Assembly (NCBI GenBank): GCA_964016885.1
Contig: OZ024743.1
Coordinates: 190,960,001 to 191,024,000, forward strand
DNA length: 64,000 nucleotides
From: Eledone cirrhosa
Taxonomy: Eukaryota
Direction of reading: 5' to 3'
This document shows positions 28,155 to 41,961 of this stretch, piece by piece; the first letter of the stretch is position 1, and each line of letters opens with the position of its first letter. The notes beneath the pieces were generated by a model, which saw only the letters and a list, made by a program, of their open reading frames with translations, did no database searches and was not told the DNA's origin. The translations under genes and the position numbers were made by a program.

Positions 28155-31100
28155 ATGTAGGATACCTTCGTAAATAGCCAAAACGGTGCATAATGGAAGA
28201 ATAGCCCTGTAAGTAATATAACCCTGAAATGGGGATAAAATAGGTTTGACGTAAATCGACATAAAAATATTTCTCGAATGATGAAAATAGTTTAATAATT
28301 ATTTTAAAAAATTTCTTCAGTGATTTATCAGTGAATATGATTTCAAAACTATAAGTTGTTTGTACTTCAAGTATCTATATTCGAGCTTTCTTTAAACAGA
28401 CGATATTTTAATTATCAGAAAAGCATTAAGTGAATATCACTGAAAAATACCAGTTGGTGTTAAACAGTAGGTGTTTATATTTTTGCTTTTGTTAAAAAGA
28501 ATATTTCAATTATTTAGAAATATTTTAAAGTGAATTTGATTTCACAAATATCTTTATTTACATAGACAATATCTTCATTTTCTAAAATTATTTTCAAGTG
28601 AATACGATGGAAAAAATATTTCTTGGCATATTAAAAAAATATTCTTAGGTGAAAATGACTTAAAAAATACAAATTATTTGTACACTGAGTATATATATTT
28701 CAGCTTTCTTTAAACAGAATATTTTAATTATTAATAAGTATTTTTTAAGTGAATATGATTTGAAAAATACGAGTTGTTTAAACAGACAATATTTTCATTA
28801 TTTAGAAATATTTCTAAATGATGATTTAAAAAAAAATATTTGTTGAGGTAATAGGAATTTTTTCTAAATTGAATACGATTTTCTATTCTTAAATAATACC
28901 TCGACGAGGAAGAAAGAAAACATCTGGTTGGTCTATCGATAGTGGAAGAAAAGCACGGCTAAGGAGAGCTGAAGAAGGTGAGCAAGATAGTGGTCAACAC
29001 CAACAAGATCGGGACAGGCTGCGAATAGAAGGATCGATGAGACTGTTAAAGCAAGGGCTGCGCGTCTGGCGGAACAGAGGGAAGGAGACAGAAGCAGGAG
29101 AGATCATGAATCGGATGGTCGGAGAGCTGAACGTCAGGCAGAACAGAGGAAAAGAGACAGAAGAAGGAGAGATCATGAATCGGACGCTCGGAGAACTGAA
29201 CATCTTTGCCAACAAACCATTAGGGATAGAGCAAGGACAGTTCAACGACGTGACCTCTCTGCTGATGTTGGACAGATGAATAAGATCTGTGTATGTTGTC
29301 ATGCAATGCTTTTTCATGGTGAAACTGCTAACTTTTGCTGTATGAATGGAAAAGTCTGGTTGGGGACTCTGCAGCCTTTACCCCGGTAACTTCACAGTTT
29401 ATTTAGTACTGAACAACATAGGGCAAACGAGTTCAGGAAGAACCTCAGACAATACAACTGCCTGTTCCAAATGACATCTTTTGGGGCCGAAGAAGTTCGT
29501 TCCTCAAGGAGTGGATGGAAACCTTCTATCGTTATTCATGGTCAAATTCACCATTACATCGGTTCCTTAACTCCTAATCACAACGAACAACCCCAATTTA
29601 TTCAAATTTACTTCTTGGATCCTCAAGATAGTGTTGATATGAGGATAAGGATACTCCATAATGATGGCATTCAGCGCGACATAGTTGGTTTATTGGAAAT
29701 AATACTCAGACAATATAACCCTTACGTTGCTTCATTTCGAATGGAAAAAGAACAAATTAAAAATATTACCGAAGCTTCGATTATTATTGATTCTGATAGG
29801 AGACCAGCAATGGAACATGAGAGAAGATTCGATGCACAAACTGCAAACGAAATTGCCGTTATTATACAAAACAGCACCGAACTTCAAGCAAAAGCGCGGC
29901 ACATTGTGTTGAAAGAAAAAGGCGGACAATTGCAAATAATCTCAGAGTCCCATCGGTCCTATGACGTTTGCAGTATGTTCTATTTTTTCCTTTTGGCGAT
30001 GACGGATGGCATCATGAGATGTTAATGAGCAACAACAAGAAGTTGACGCCAATGCGCTACTATGCCTATCGAATAATGAACCATGAGAATGAATTCAACC
30101 AACTTCTCAGAGGTGGTCGATTATTTCAGCAATATTTGGTTGACATGGCTGTGAAGATTGAAGGAGATAAACTGCAATACATCCGAATGAATCAAACATC
30201 ATTGCGATCTACAACATACAAGGGCCTTATTGACCCATTGAATGATGATGAAGATTTTCGTAATATTGGCAGGCGAATCATACTCTCTTCTACATTTGTC
30301 GGTGGACCGAGATATATGATGGAGCGATGCCAGGATGCCATGATGTACATACGGAAGTACGGCAATCCTTCGTTCTTCATCACAATGACATGCAATCCAA
30401 ACTGGCCTGAAATCCGGCAAAGCCTATTCCTGAATCAGAAGCCACATGACAGGCCAGATTTAATTGCCAGAGTATTTGATCTGAAGCGGAAACTGTTAAG
30501 AAAGTATCTTACTGGAGTAGATGGCCTATTTGGCAAGTGCATTGCTTACGTGCTGACAGTCGAATATCAAAAGGGAGGTCTTCCTCATGTGCACTGTTTG
30601 ATATGGCCCAATGAAGCCTCCAAGCCCAGACCGCAGGAATATGATAAATTTGTTCAAGCCGAAATACCAGATCCAAACAAAGATCCAGAGGGTCATGAAT
30701 TGGTGCTGAAGCACATGATCCACGGTCCGAATTGCTCTAACAAGTCGCCTTGTTGGAAAGATGGAACGTGCAATAAGCGGTACCCTAAGCCTTTCAATGA
30801 ATATACATTGTATGGAGAGGACTCTTATCCTGTGTACAGAAGAGGGTCTCCTGGAATGGGAGGATTTGATGGGCACCAAGAAGGAAGGGGAAGCCGAAAT
30901 ATAACTTCGGAATGGGTGGTTCCCTACAATATGAAACTATTAAAACTGTTCAGCTGCCACCTAGACGTAGAGATGTGCTCTTCGTGAAATCGATCAAATA
31001 TGTTATCAAATATACCATGAAGGGCAGTGATCAGGCAATCTTTGGAGTGAACAGGGAAGATGAGATAATACAGTATTTAACAGGAAGATATATCGGTTCT

Positions 31101-33745
31101 TCAGAAGCTGTTGCCTTGGTACTTGGATTTCCAATTTATGAGAGAGAACCGGCCTTAATTCGCCTTCAAGTTCATCTACCTGAGGAAAATCAAATCTTCT
31201 TTTGGGTCAATGCTGCTGTTAAAGTAAACAATAACATGGCTAAGACGACTCTGATTGAGTTCATGGATCTTTGCGATCGCGATCCGTTAGCAAAACATTG
31301 TATTATGCCGATGTCCCAAAGTTTTACACTTGGAGTAATAAGAGATGGGAAAGGAGAAAGGTGGGGAAAACAGTTGAGCAGTATCCATGGATTTTTGAGG
31401 TGAACGTTTTGGGACGAGTATACACTGTTTCTCCACGAAGTAGTGACCTATATAATTTAAGACTCCTTCTGCATCACGTCAAAGGGCCAGTATCCTTCAA
31501 CTCTTTGAAAATGTGTGATGGAGAACTCCTGCTTTTATTCAAAGACGTCTGCAGAGAGAAAGGTTTGCTTCAATCGGATAATCATTGGCAGCAGACTCTG
31601 GAAGATGCTGAGCGAAGAAGGCATCCCAAAACCATGAGAGATCTATTTATCGTGCTCCTCACAAATACGTAAATTGACAATTCCAGTGCTTTATGGGTTC
31701 GATTTAAGCATTCACTGTCTGAGGATTACCTTCAAATAGAAAAAAGGGCTACCAGAAACTCTAACCTTTTGATTAGCGAGAGACATTATGATCAATGTCT
31801 TTGAAGACAAACTTAACGACCTGGGCAGAAGTCTTAGTGACTTTAACTTGCCAAGGCCAAATAATATTGTTGCTAATCAGGATATTGGCAATTTTGGGTT
31901 ATTGCATGAATTGCAATACACCAGAGAAGAGCAGTGACGATTTGTAGAAGAGACGGAGCCTCTATTGAATAGTAAACAAAAACACGTGTATGACTTCGTT
32001 TGTAATAGTTTAGAGACGAACACATCTGCATTGAATTTCATTGACGCTCCAGGTGGAACAGGAAAGACATTCCTGATTAACTTAATTCTTTCAAATGTCA
32101 TGGGAAACGGTGACGTGGCTATTGCTGTTGCGTCATCTGACATTGCCGCAACACTCATGCCTGGTGGAAGAACAACGCATTCTAGGTTCAAAATACCGAT
32201 AGTAGTGAAAGAAAATGGTCTGTGCCACATTGATAAAAACTTAAAGACGGCAAACCTCTTCCAGCATACAAGGCTGATTGTTTGGAATGAGTGTCCTATG
32301 ATTCGGATGGAAAGCTTCGAAGCTGTTGACCTCACTCTGCGTGACATATGCGACAACAATGAGGCATTCGGTGGAATTTTGACAATTTGATGTGGCGATT
32401 TCCGTCAGCTTCTTCCGGTAGTGAAAAGGGGAAATGAAGCGGACGTGGAAAACGCCTGCATTAAAAAATCCTACTTATGGCGAAGGTTCAAAAGATTTCA
32501 GTTGAAGACAAACATGCGATTGGGTGGGGGAGCAGGAGACTATTCACAGTTCCTATTGGATATTGGAGAAGATAAGTTAAAAAAAAACTGAAAATGAGGA
32601 AATTATTTTGCCAAAAGAAATGGTTCTCCAAGCAACAACTATGGAAGAATGTATTGATTTCATCTACTCCTCATTCGAGAATCCAGCTGAAGTGTTTTCG
32701 AAAAATTGCATCTTAGTACCTCTCAATGAAATGATGAGAAGCATCAATTCCACCTGTATCAGATGCTTCCCTGGAACCATAAAAGAGTACCGATCCTATA
32801 ATTCTGTGAGTGATGGTGCCAATACCACTCATTTCCCGACTGAATTCCTTGATTCGGTTGAACTATCAGGACTGCAACCACATAACCTGGAATTGGAAAA
32901 AGGATCGCCAATAATTCTTATGAGAAACTTGAATCCTGCAAGACTTTGTAATGGAACGCGCATGATCGTGGAAGAACTGCACACAATCTCATAGTAGCAA
33001 CAATCAACACTGCTGCTTTCAGAAAGAGATCGTTATGATACCTAGAATAATAATTAATCTATCCGAAGGTGAGGGTATCCCTTTGCAGCGAAGCCAATTC
33101 CCAGCTCAATCGTGCTTCGCTATGACTATTCATAAAGCACAAGGACAAACTATTGAAAACGTCTTGGTTTATCTGGAACGACCTGTATCCCAACATGGTC
33201 AACTGTATGTAGCCATTAGCCGCGGAAAACGAAAAGAAAATGTTAGAGTGTTTCTGAAGGATACCCAGTCAACTAAGAATGTTGTCATCAAAAGCATTCT
33301 TTTGAACAAACTGTAACAACGTAAATATGAGAAAATATTGATTCCGACGTCAGAAAATGAAAGGAAAAGGAAAAACTAAGACAAGTAAGAATAATTTCAT
33401 TAAAATTTTTGTAAATAAAACCAGCTTTTCATTAACATTGTAACTTTTTAAGCAGGAAAATCTTTCAGAACAAACAGTCAAGCATCCAGAGAGATATAGA
33501 AAAAAGAATTTTGAAGTGGAGTGATTGGATAGCTATTAGTGAAAAATGATTTGGTATTTTCTTTGTGAAAATACTTGTGAATAATAAAGTGAAAAGACAA
33601 GTTTCGCGTAAATCAGACCACGGGTACCCGAGATATGCGGGTTTTTTCGGATATCTTTATAAATAACCAAATCGGCGCATAATGGGAAAATTCTTTGAAA
33701 GTAAGGTACCATTGAAATGTGAATACAAACGCAGATAGTGGTTGT

Positions 33746-33776
<31 letters not shown>

Positions 33777-34134
33777 CTGGGGGTGTTGTTGAATGAAATT
33801 ATAACAGGTGACGTCAAAGAATTGAATACAGCATTACTGTATCTAGCTAAAATTTGGTGACTGAATATTAAGTTATATGTATCTTATAACTTGTGTTAGG
33901 ACAGGATGTATGTGTGTGTGTGTGTAACCAGTGTATATAGGCCACAGACACCCACACACACAAACACATATATATATATACACGTACATATACACACACA
34001 CATACACGTATATATATATTGGCTTTCCAATGTCATTTTACATTATATACATTTTGTGTATATTTTAATTATTTAAAAATTATTTTTAAGTGAACATGAC
34101 CCAACAGTCACCCAACAGGTCACGGCTGGTCTAG
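27396..34134 (+). mobile_element. Decayed autonomous Helitron
   Basis: 5' A|TCTATATACTACTAAAA; 3' subterminal hairpin (ATGACC..GGTCAC) followed by CTAG|T; internal RepHel. Confidence 0.92.
28900..33316 (+). pseudogene. Helitron Rep/PIF1 helicase (RepHel) with multiple frameshifts and stops
   Basis: Rep: FFITMTCNPNW, EYQKGGLPHVH, IKYVIKYTMKG; helicase: DAPGGTGKT, GDFRQLLPV, LMRNL..LCNGTR, AMTIHKAQGQT, HGQLYVAISR. Confidence 0.95.
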
Positions 34135-34761
34135 TATACTACTAAAACTCTGTGATTGCTTGCTTGTTTGCTCGCTTGCTTGTTTGCTTGTCTGTTATAT
34201 AATACAGCCAAAAGTGCGCATAATGGGGAAATAATTTGAGAAGTTGATCCTGAAATGGTAATACAAATGGAATAAAACGTTTCGCGTAAATCAAAGCACA
34301 GATTCCCGTGATATGGGGTTTTTCCGGGTACCTTCAGAGAGAGAGCGGGGAGATAAGGGGGAGAGAGGGGAGGGGGAGAAAGAAAGAAAGATAGAGAGAA
34401 AGAGAGAGTCGTTGTGAGAGAGTATATTGAAAGAGAGACATAGAGAGAGGGAGAGGAGACAGAGAAGGAGAATGGATAAGAGAGAGCTGGTGTGTGAGTG
34501 TATGTGTGTATATGTGTAAGTGTGTGTCTATGACCAGTGTATATAGGTCGCAGACACCCACACACATATATATATATATACATACACACACACACATTTA
34601 TATATACATACAGCCACGTATATACATGGGCCTTCCAGTTTCATTTCACATTATATACATGTCTGTGTATATTCTAATTATTCAAAAATTATTTTGAAGA
34701 GAAAATGATTTTCTTTTATATTTTGAAGGGAACGTGACTCAACGGGTCACGGGTGGTGTAG
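34135..34761 (+). mobile_element. Non-autonomous Helitron joined head-to-tail to the autonomous copy
   Basis: Repeats the 5' end TATACTACTAAAACTCTG; ends with a CGTGAC..GTCACG hairpin and GTAG|T. Confidence 0.85.
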
Positions 34762-35039
34762 TGTTTATACGCAATTTATATATATACATATTGAATAATA
34801 AGCCAAACACTGCTAACTATTTCATATTTTAATTTACGTACGTATCATCCTTAATACTAAAACTCAAATTAGGACTCATCAGAATAAAATAAGATATAAC
34901 TATATTTTACATGACATTACGTCCAAAAGTATAACATGCCAAGGCAACCTTATATAAATTGACTATATATATATATATATATATATATGAACGTATATAT
35001 ATATATATATAGAGAGAGAGATAGATAGATAGATAGGTA

Positions 35040-35360
35040 ACTTTCTATTTATTGCCACGAGGGCACAAAAGAAGGGGACAAATACAAGGGAGGGGTCGCT
35101 TACACAAAAGAACGAGTAAAAAACAAATAACAAATATAAAATTAACAATAAAGTCCTCAATAGGGAGGATGCGTTTTGGGGGGTTACACACACCCCCGAA
35201 AAAGTGTGCAACCCTTCTCCTCAGGAGCACAGAGAGAGAGGGTGCTCCCTTGTGCTTCCATCTGTTTCACCTACAGGCTGATCTAGAGAGAAAAGCTCTA
35301 CAGACACGGGCGTCCGGGTAGGGACCCCTCGAAAGAGATCTGTCCCAGATGCGTGCCCAG
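35040..35360 (-). mobile_element. Tx1-like LINE 3' UTR fragment in (GATA)n
   Basis: Reverse-complement homology to 27100-27375; (GATA)n on both flanks. Confidence 0.75.
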
Positions 35361-35364
35361 ATAT

Positions 35365-35399
<35 letters not shown>

Positions 35400-37204
35400 T
35401 GTATAACTATATATATATATATATATATGGGGATGCTTTTACTCCTTCGTACATACGCGCAAAAACTCAGACTCGCACACACACACATGCCCCATATATA
35501 TATGTGTGTGTGTGTATAAGTTCATCATTATGTATTTGAACATAAGGAAGTGTAGTAAATTTATTGTAAGTTGTTTGAATATGTCGAGGGTTGTCCGCAT
35601 ATATCGTTCTACTCTCAGCGTCAAACTGATAGCTGGAGAACAGTTTGGAGGGGGTAATTTCCATTTGTGGTTAAAATATACCTGGGTCTATGGGGTTCTC
35701 TGATTGATTCTAGGTGATTGTCTTCCTATTGGGATGTGTTATTTCGTTTAATTGTATACCGTTTTTGTTTTTTTTATCAGATTCGATTCTGTGTAAACAC
35801 TCACCTTTATGTCATTTGTCTGTGTAACATCCCTTCATCCATGATATTTGTAAGAAATAAAGATATGATAATTAGTTCTATTATTCTGTTTATCTTTGTA
35901 TGTTTCTCTGACCCATATTTATGTTTTTCTTCATATTATTCTGTTACATTGCTGCTATTAATATGTTCTTGGTAATGTTATTACTACTGTTATAGTTATT
36001 TTCAATATCGGTATTGCTATTAATACTGCTATTAGTGATGTTTATAAAGCTGAGACTACTTTTTTCTATGATTGTATGTTACTCGGTAAGGTAGACTAGA
36101 GGTAAGTAGTTGATTTGCTTCGTCTAAAGATACAATGAAATTCTAGTGGCAGAGTGTGTTCCAGCACCTTACACTACTCAATCAATATATGACAATTTAA
36201 ATCAATGCAAGTTTGCTTTAGCCTACTACACCAAAAACAGCAACAAGACTAAAACAACAATACCGGCAATAAAACGAACATTTTGTTGGAAAATATATAT
36301 TTGGCACAAATTTCTTTGAGGAAACTGATGTATTAAATTTTGCTAAATTAGTTTCCAACGGAAGCAACGCCGTATTTTAAAAATAAAACTGTGAATAATC
36401 ATTCTAAATTATGGAAGGAATAATTTAAAGATATTATCATCCACTATCAATCAATGTTTTGAGAGGTATATGAACTTGCTTACGAAGTGAGTTTTGAAAT
36501 TTATAATTAATTCATGAAATCACCAGCAGCCGAACACCGTCTTGATCGAGTGTATTTATAAACAAACTACAACTAATCTCATGGATTATTTACAGTTTAC
36601 AGGAATAGCTGTAAAGAGATGCTGAAGATTTTCAATTGGCCTGGGAATGATGATTTATTTAGAATTGTACCCAAGCTTTTCAGAATATAGTTCAAATTGT
36701 GCATTATATATAAAGGCAATAGCAAAATAAATAGGGCCTAAAAGAAAAATCTATATATGTTTTATATACCCGGAGAGCATGATTTGCTTTCATAATATTC
36801 TAATCTATTAACTATTATTTCTACTTCAATTATTTCTATATAACTTTTAAATGATTATGGTAGTGTGTGAAAATTTGAGCCAAAATGAATAATCATGAAG
36901 CTAACAGGCGATCCGAGTTTCGCATAAAATTCCGATTTAAACTGATAACCAGTAATTTAAAGAACACGTAATCATCGGCCCGAGTTCATCAGTTAGGAAT
37001 TTTCGAGATGAAGACAAGCAAGCCTATAGTTCATCGTTAGTAAGGCCGGCATACAGCAAGTTTATATCTAGTTAGCCTATACAAACACACACACACACAC
37101 ACACATAAATATTAATATATACATATATACATATCAGAATGGACGCTGTAAAAACCAGTTACATCATGATTCGCCAGAGTACTCGATACTTGAATAATAT
37201 GAGT

Positions 37205-37308
37205 GAATAATATGAAATATTCGGGACCCCGACGGCTGAGCTCCTGCCGTTTCTACAGCTGTTGAAATGATAGGAGCTCAGCCATCGGGGTCCCAAATTT
37301 TTCATATA
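37205..37308. mobile_element. Short palindromic member of the foldback MITE family
   Basis: GGGACCCCGACGGCTGAGCTCCT..AGGAGCTCAGCCATCGGGGTCCC inverted arms; GAGTACTC upstream. Confidence 0.7.
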
Positions 37309-37314
37309 TATGAC

Positions 37315-37806
37315 AGAATTAATTGACCTGCGTATATATTATTTTATGTTTTACGATGACCTCCCCTTTCATATTTGGGGCCAGTGTGAAATTTCTTTTT
37401 GAGAAACTGCTGGAATTTCATATTTGGCGGTCATTCTAGCACTGACGGTGACCATCGCTGAATATTAATATCAGTATGGTTTTTTATATTGATATTGCTG
37501 GGCACCACTGATGAGTTATAAGTGCCCACCTGCATGTATACCTATGGACTATATGCAGGCTTCTACATAACATGGACATTATTTTCCCAATTTGTAGAAA
37601 ACTTATAACGAAACGATCGTTTGGAAGGAGAGATGTATTTAATTATATCTCATATAAAATAATACAGCCGGCTATCTGCAAAATACAATATAGTTAGCAC
37701 CCCAAACATATAATTACGGTTATACTCAGGTATATCCTAATGTTTGTTGAGTGAGATGGATGTCGGCCGGAGTATTGCTTAAAGCTTTCTCTGTTAATGT
37801 ATTAAG
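37315..37806 (+). mobile_element. Partial copy of the HHR-bearing non-coding element at 9385-10424
   Basis: Colinear inverted homology to 9390-9910. Confidence 0.8.
37499..37626 (+). ncRNA. Type-I hammerhead with branched (three-way junction) stem II, intact core
   Basis: TGGGC-A-CCA-CTGATGA-GTTATAAGT-GCCCA-[CCTGCATGTA..TATATGCAGG]-C-[TTCTACA..TGTAGAA]-A-ACTTATAAC-GAAA-CGATCG-TT-TGGAA. Confidence 0.88.
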
Positions 37807-37809
37807 TAT

Positions 37810-37894
<85 letters not shown>

Positions 37895-37895
<1 letters not shown>

Positions 37896-38444
37896 GTCTA
37901 TTTCGTTCTTACTGCTTCCTCTTTCTCTGTATCTTTACCCTCTCTAACAGTCACTCTCTCTGTTAGCCTCTTCCTCACCCTTCACTCACTCACTCTCTGT
38001 TACTACCTCTCCTCCTTCTTCCCGTTTGACCTGTGCGTAATTCTTTTCTTTCGCACCCTTGGTCAGGCAGGTTCGCTTATTTTCTCTCTCTCGTCTCCGA
38101 TTTCACAGAACTTATGTTCACCGAATTCACAGACTAGATTCCTTCTTCTTCCCGTTAGACCTGTACGGAATTCCTTCTTGCTCACATTCCAACCAGGTTT
38201 TATGGTCTTTACTCTCTCGTTCACGATTTCACCGAACTTATATTCATGGAAATTTAGGACTTGACTCTTTCTTCCTAATTTTTCGTTGCTTCACTATCTT
38301 TGTTTGTTTACAGCCTCGTGTCCCCTTTATTTACGTGTCACAACGACTTTTTAGCCGTTGCTCGCACCAACCGGAGGTATATGGTCTTTAAAGCGATGAA
38401 ATACCAATGATGGTTGGAAGATCACTGATGAAGGAATAACTTTA

Positions 38445-38447
<3 letters not shown>
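37895..38447 (+). repeat. Dispersed repeat with an internal ~130-bp duplication, ending in a truncated HHR 5' half; inverted relative at ~38900-39355
   Basis: ..GAGGTATATG..ATGAAATA..ATCACTGATGA-AGG shared with the minus strand of 38955-39025. Confidence 0.6.
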
Positions 38448-38478
<31 letters not shown>

Positions 38479-38828
38479 GTGCGGACTGGCCAGGTAGCCA
38501 GGTTGCCCAATGGCAAGTGGTCCCAAGGGGGCCCACGGTGGCATTGAAAGTGGGCCCACCTTAGCAGTGAAGGGCCTATTGTAGTATTTTAAAGACCAAT
38601 GTTTTGCTTTAAAAAATTAACTGGAATCTAAAAGAAAGAATACCATTTAAAAATAAATAAAACAATTAAGCAAAGCATTTGGTCAACCAATTCCCCAAAG
38701 AATCAATAGAAACCAAAATATACGATAGTTGGAATAGCTGAAATCAGTGGTTGTACATTCTACTAAATCAAAAGCTTAGTGTATTCATTCATGCATGCAA
38801 AGATACATATATAGACACAGATACACTA

Positions 38829-38896
<68 letters not shown>

Positions 38897-39353
38897 ATAA
38901 AATATAGAGAAAAATACTGCAGGTAGCACATGGATAACATGTAATAAAATGAGTCCCTCATCAGTGATTTGCCGAAGATCATAGATATTTCATTGCATTA
39001 AAAATCATATACCTCACTTCGGTGCAATAATAACCAAAATAAGTTATTAGGACAATTAAAACGCGTAAAGCGAGTGAGACAGGAGAACAACAGTGTAAGG
39101 CTAACCAGGGGAAAGAAACAAGCTTCAAAAATGATTCTGTTTAGCATAAGCTAGGTGAATATATGAGCGCTTTTAGAACAGACAATACACGAGCGAAGGC
39201 TATGAGCGGAGAGAGAAAAATAGCCTTCGTGGTGTACAGGATGAAATGAAGAGAAGAGAGAGAAACAGTGAGTGAGTGAAAGTGTGAGGAAGAGTTAACT
39301 GACATAACAGAGGGGGATAAACAGAGAGAATGGGGGAACAGTAAGAGAGAGAG

Positions 39354-39473
<120 letters not shown>

Positions 39474-39484
39474 TGTCTGTGTGT

Positions 39485-39561
<77 letters not shown>

Positions 39562-39641
39562 ATGTGTGTGTGTCTGATAGTAGCTAAGATGCTTAGATAG
39601 GCGATTTGCCGGTTGATATATATATATATGTGGTAAGGAAG

Positions 39642-39877
39642 CAGGTGGACCATAACGCACCAAAGTACTCAATACTTAGGGTAGTAGAGTGAGTAATAAG
39701 AACGAGTAGGATCCCGACGGCTGAGCTCAAGCCGTTTCGACGGCTAATTCTGGACTAAATTTAGTTCAGAATTAGCCGTCGAAACGGCTTGAGCTCAGCC
39801 GTCGGGGTCCTACTCGTTCTTATTACTCACTCTACTACCCTAAGTATTGAGTACTTTGGTGCGTTATGGTCCACCTG
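39642..39877. mobile_element. Near-perfect 236-bp palindromic foldback MITE
   Basis: Arms of ~118 bp mirror around TAAATTTA at ~39756-39763. Confidence 0.9.
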
Positions 39878-39890
39878 GGTCCTACTCGTT

Positions 39891-39925
<35 letters not shown>

Positions 39926-40138
39926 TTATTTATATATTTACACACGAACCACTGACCAAATGATATTTGGTATCAATGGGATAAAGATATCTGTCAAATC
40001 AATTTGTGGTGAAGGTGGTGCATATATATATATATATACATATATACACACACACAAACACACGCACACGCACACACACACACATACATATATATATTTA
40101 GGGAGTATGAAAGACCAAAGGTCATTATTGAAAGTCTC

Positions 40139-40298
40139 TGCGCCATGCTTTGGCGCATAGAGTTACGCCCTTTGCCATTCTGAGTTCAAATCCCGCCGAG
40201 GTTAACTTTGCCTTTCATCCTTACGGGGTCGATAAAATAAAGTACCAGTAATACATTGGTGAATTGCTGGCCTTGTGCCTAACGTAGAAACAATTATT
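40139..40298 (+). mobile_element. tRNA-derived SINE of the abundant Octopus-type family
   Basis: B-box GAGTTCAAATCCC plus GCCGAGGTTAACTTTGCCTTTCATCCTTACGGGGTCGATAAAATAAAGTACCAG; several copies in the window. Confidence 0.85.
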
Positions 40299-40416
40299 GA
40301 AAGTCTCTGGATTTCTCAACATACATATTATTTTTTATTGTTGTAGGTAAGATATGTTTACGCAAATATTTGATTGCACTGTTTTGTTTCCATTTATGTC
40401 CTTTTTAAAAATGTTA

Positions 40417-40723
40417 TTTATATATATAAAACTGAGGATATCTGTCTGTGTGTCTGTGAGTTTGAATCCCTAAAACTTGAGAAGAACCCAACCGGCTGTT
40501 TTCAAACTTTACACATGTAAAAATTATGTTACAGGGAGTGTTCTGAGCAAAAGCAATTTCAAATTGTCAATGCTCTAGGGACCGCATTAGGCGATTTAGC
40601 GATCTCTCTCTATAATTCTTAGTCTTTCTCTTTTTAGATAGATACATACATATAACGTCGTGGCCTTATTATATCTGTCTGTATATCTGGCTGTCTGCAT
40701 TACGTCACTTCCCTGAGGATGTC

Positions 40724-40795
<72 letters not shown>

Positions 40796-41297
40796 TTTGA
40801 ATCTCTAAAACTCGAGAAGTACCCAACCGACTTTTTTCAAACTTTACATGTGTATTACTTGTTTAAGGGAGTGTTATGCACATAAAAAATGTTAACTGAT
40901 TTTTCCAGGTTTTTAGTGTTTTTTTAGGCGTTACGTCAGACCGATTTCCTTGAAATTGTAACCATGCATTAGTTAGTCTCTTCTTCAAACCGTGAGCAAT
41001 TTTTTCAGCTTTTTAGGGCTTTTTTGAGTCGTTACGTCCAGCCGATTTTCCCGAAATTTCAAGGCATATTATGCACATAAAAAATTCCTTTTCTTGATCC
41101 ACTAGGGCCCGCATTAGGTAAACACCTGCATTTTTCCTGTTTCATCGAGGAAAATCTTTAAAATTATCCAGCCATCAGAGTATTCGATTTATTTTCTTTA
41201 CATATTGTCCAGGCATGCAGTTTTTCCACGATCAGATGTGTTGACGGCCCGCGTTCCAAAATACCTTATCCCGTGCAACGTCGGCTACCACTGCTAC
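40417..41297 (+). mobile_element. Non-autonomous Helitron-like element with a duplicated 5' module
   Basis: 5' TATATATAAAACTGAGGAT-(GTCT)n, repeated at ~40713 and 42410; 3' CCGTGCAACGTCGG..CTAC|T. Confidence 0.7.
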
Positions 41298-41411
41298 TTC
41301 ATTATAAAAATTAAATGATAGCATTCTATATGTAGGTGTGCCCCCTTCATCTGGCAACCAATATGTTTAGACCTAGCCCGCCACTGTATATATATATATA
41401 TATATATATAG

Positions 41412-41493
41412 TGAAAGAATGAAGAGTAACATGGTTGGCTGTACAACAAGGGGCTTTATTGTTTCATTGATCATGTTACTCTTCATTCTTTCA
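41412..41493. repeat. Small hairpin/MITE with ~24-bp inverted arms
   Basis: TGAAAGAATGAAGAGTAACATG .. CATGTTACTCTTCATTCTTTCA. Confidence 0.75.
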
Positions 41494-41658
41494 TTATTAT
41501 TACTCCAAGTATAACCTACATAGGAATTCCCGCTTCGAACTCGCTGTCTAACCATGGAAAGATCTTGTTGACTCAAACAAAGCCGTACGTTAAAACTATC
41601 CACGACGCAGAGTACTCACAATCTCTAACTGGATTACCTATAACGATGACTTGTTATC

Positions 41659-41747
<89 letters not shown>

Positions 41748-41961
41748 GCCAATCATTGTAAGTTTGAATTTGATATGCAAAAACATATATATATGAATAA
41801 AGTAAGTCCAAATCATAGTAGATTCAAATATCACAGAGAGAGAGGGGAAAGGGAGAGAAATGCGGTGCAACAGAAATGAAACATGGATTACAGGTTAAAA
41901 TATAGTCTAGATAGGTCTGAAAGAAAACGAGGATGTAGTTTATGGAACACCCAACTGATTT

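Noticed and set aside
36901-36996. Minus-strand CTGATGA..GAAA
   Set aside because: Stem II and stem III do not pair.
38425-38447. CTGATGA with a stem II hairpin (also 38958-38964 on the minus strand)
   Set aside because: The GAAA and stem III half is missing (truncated by TA or decayed), so it is not counted as a full ribozyme.
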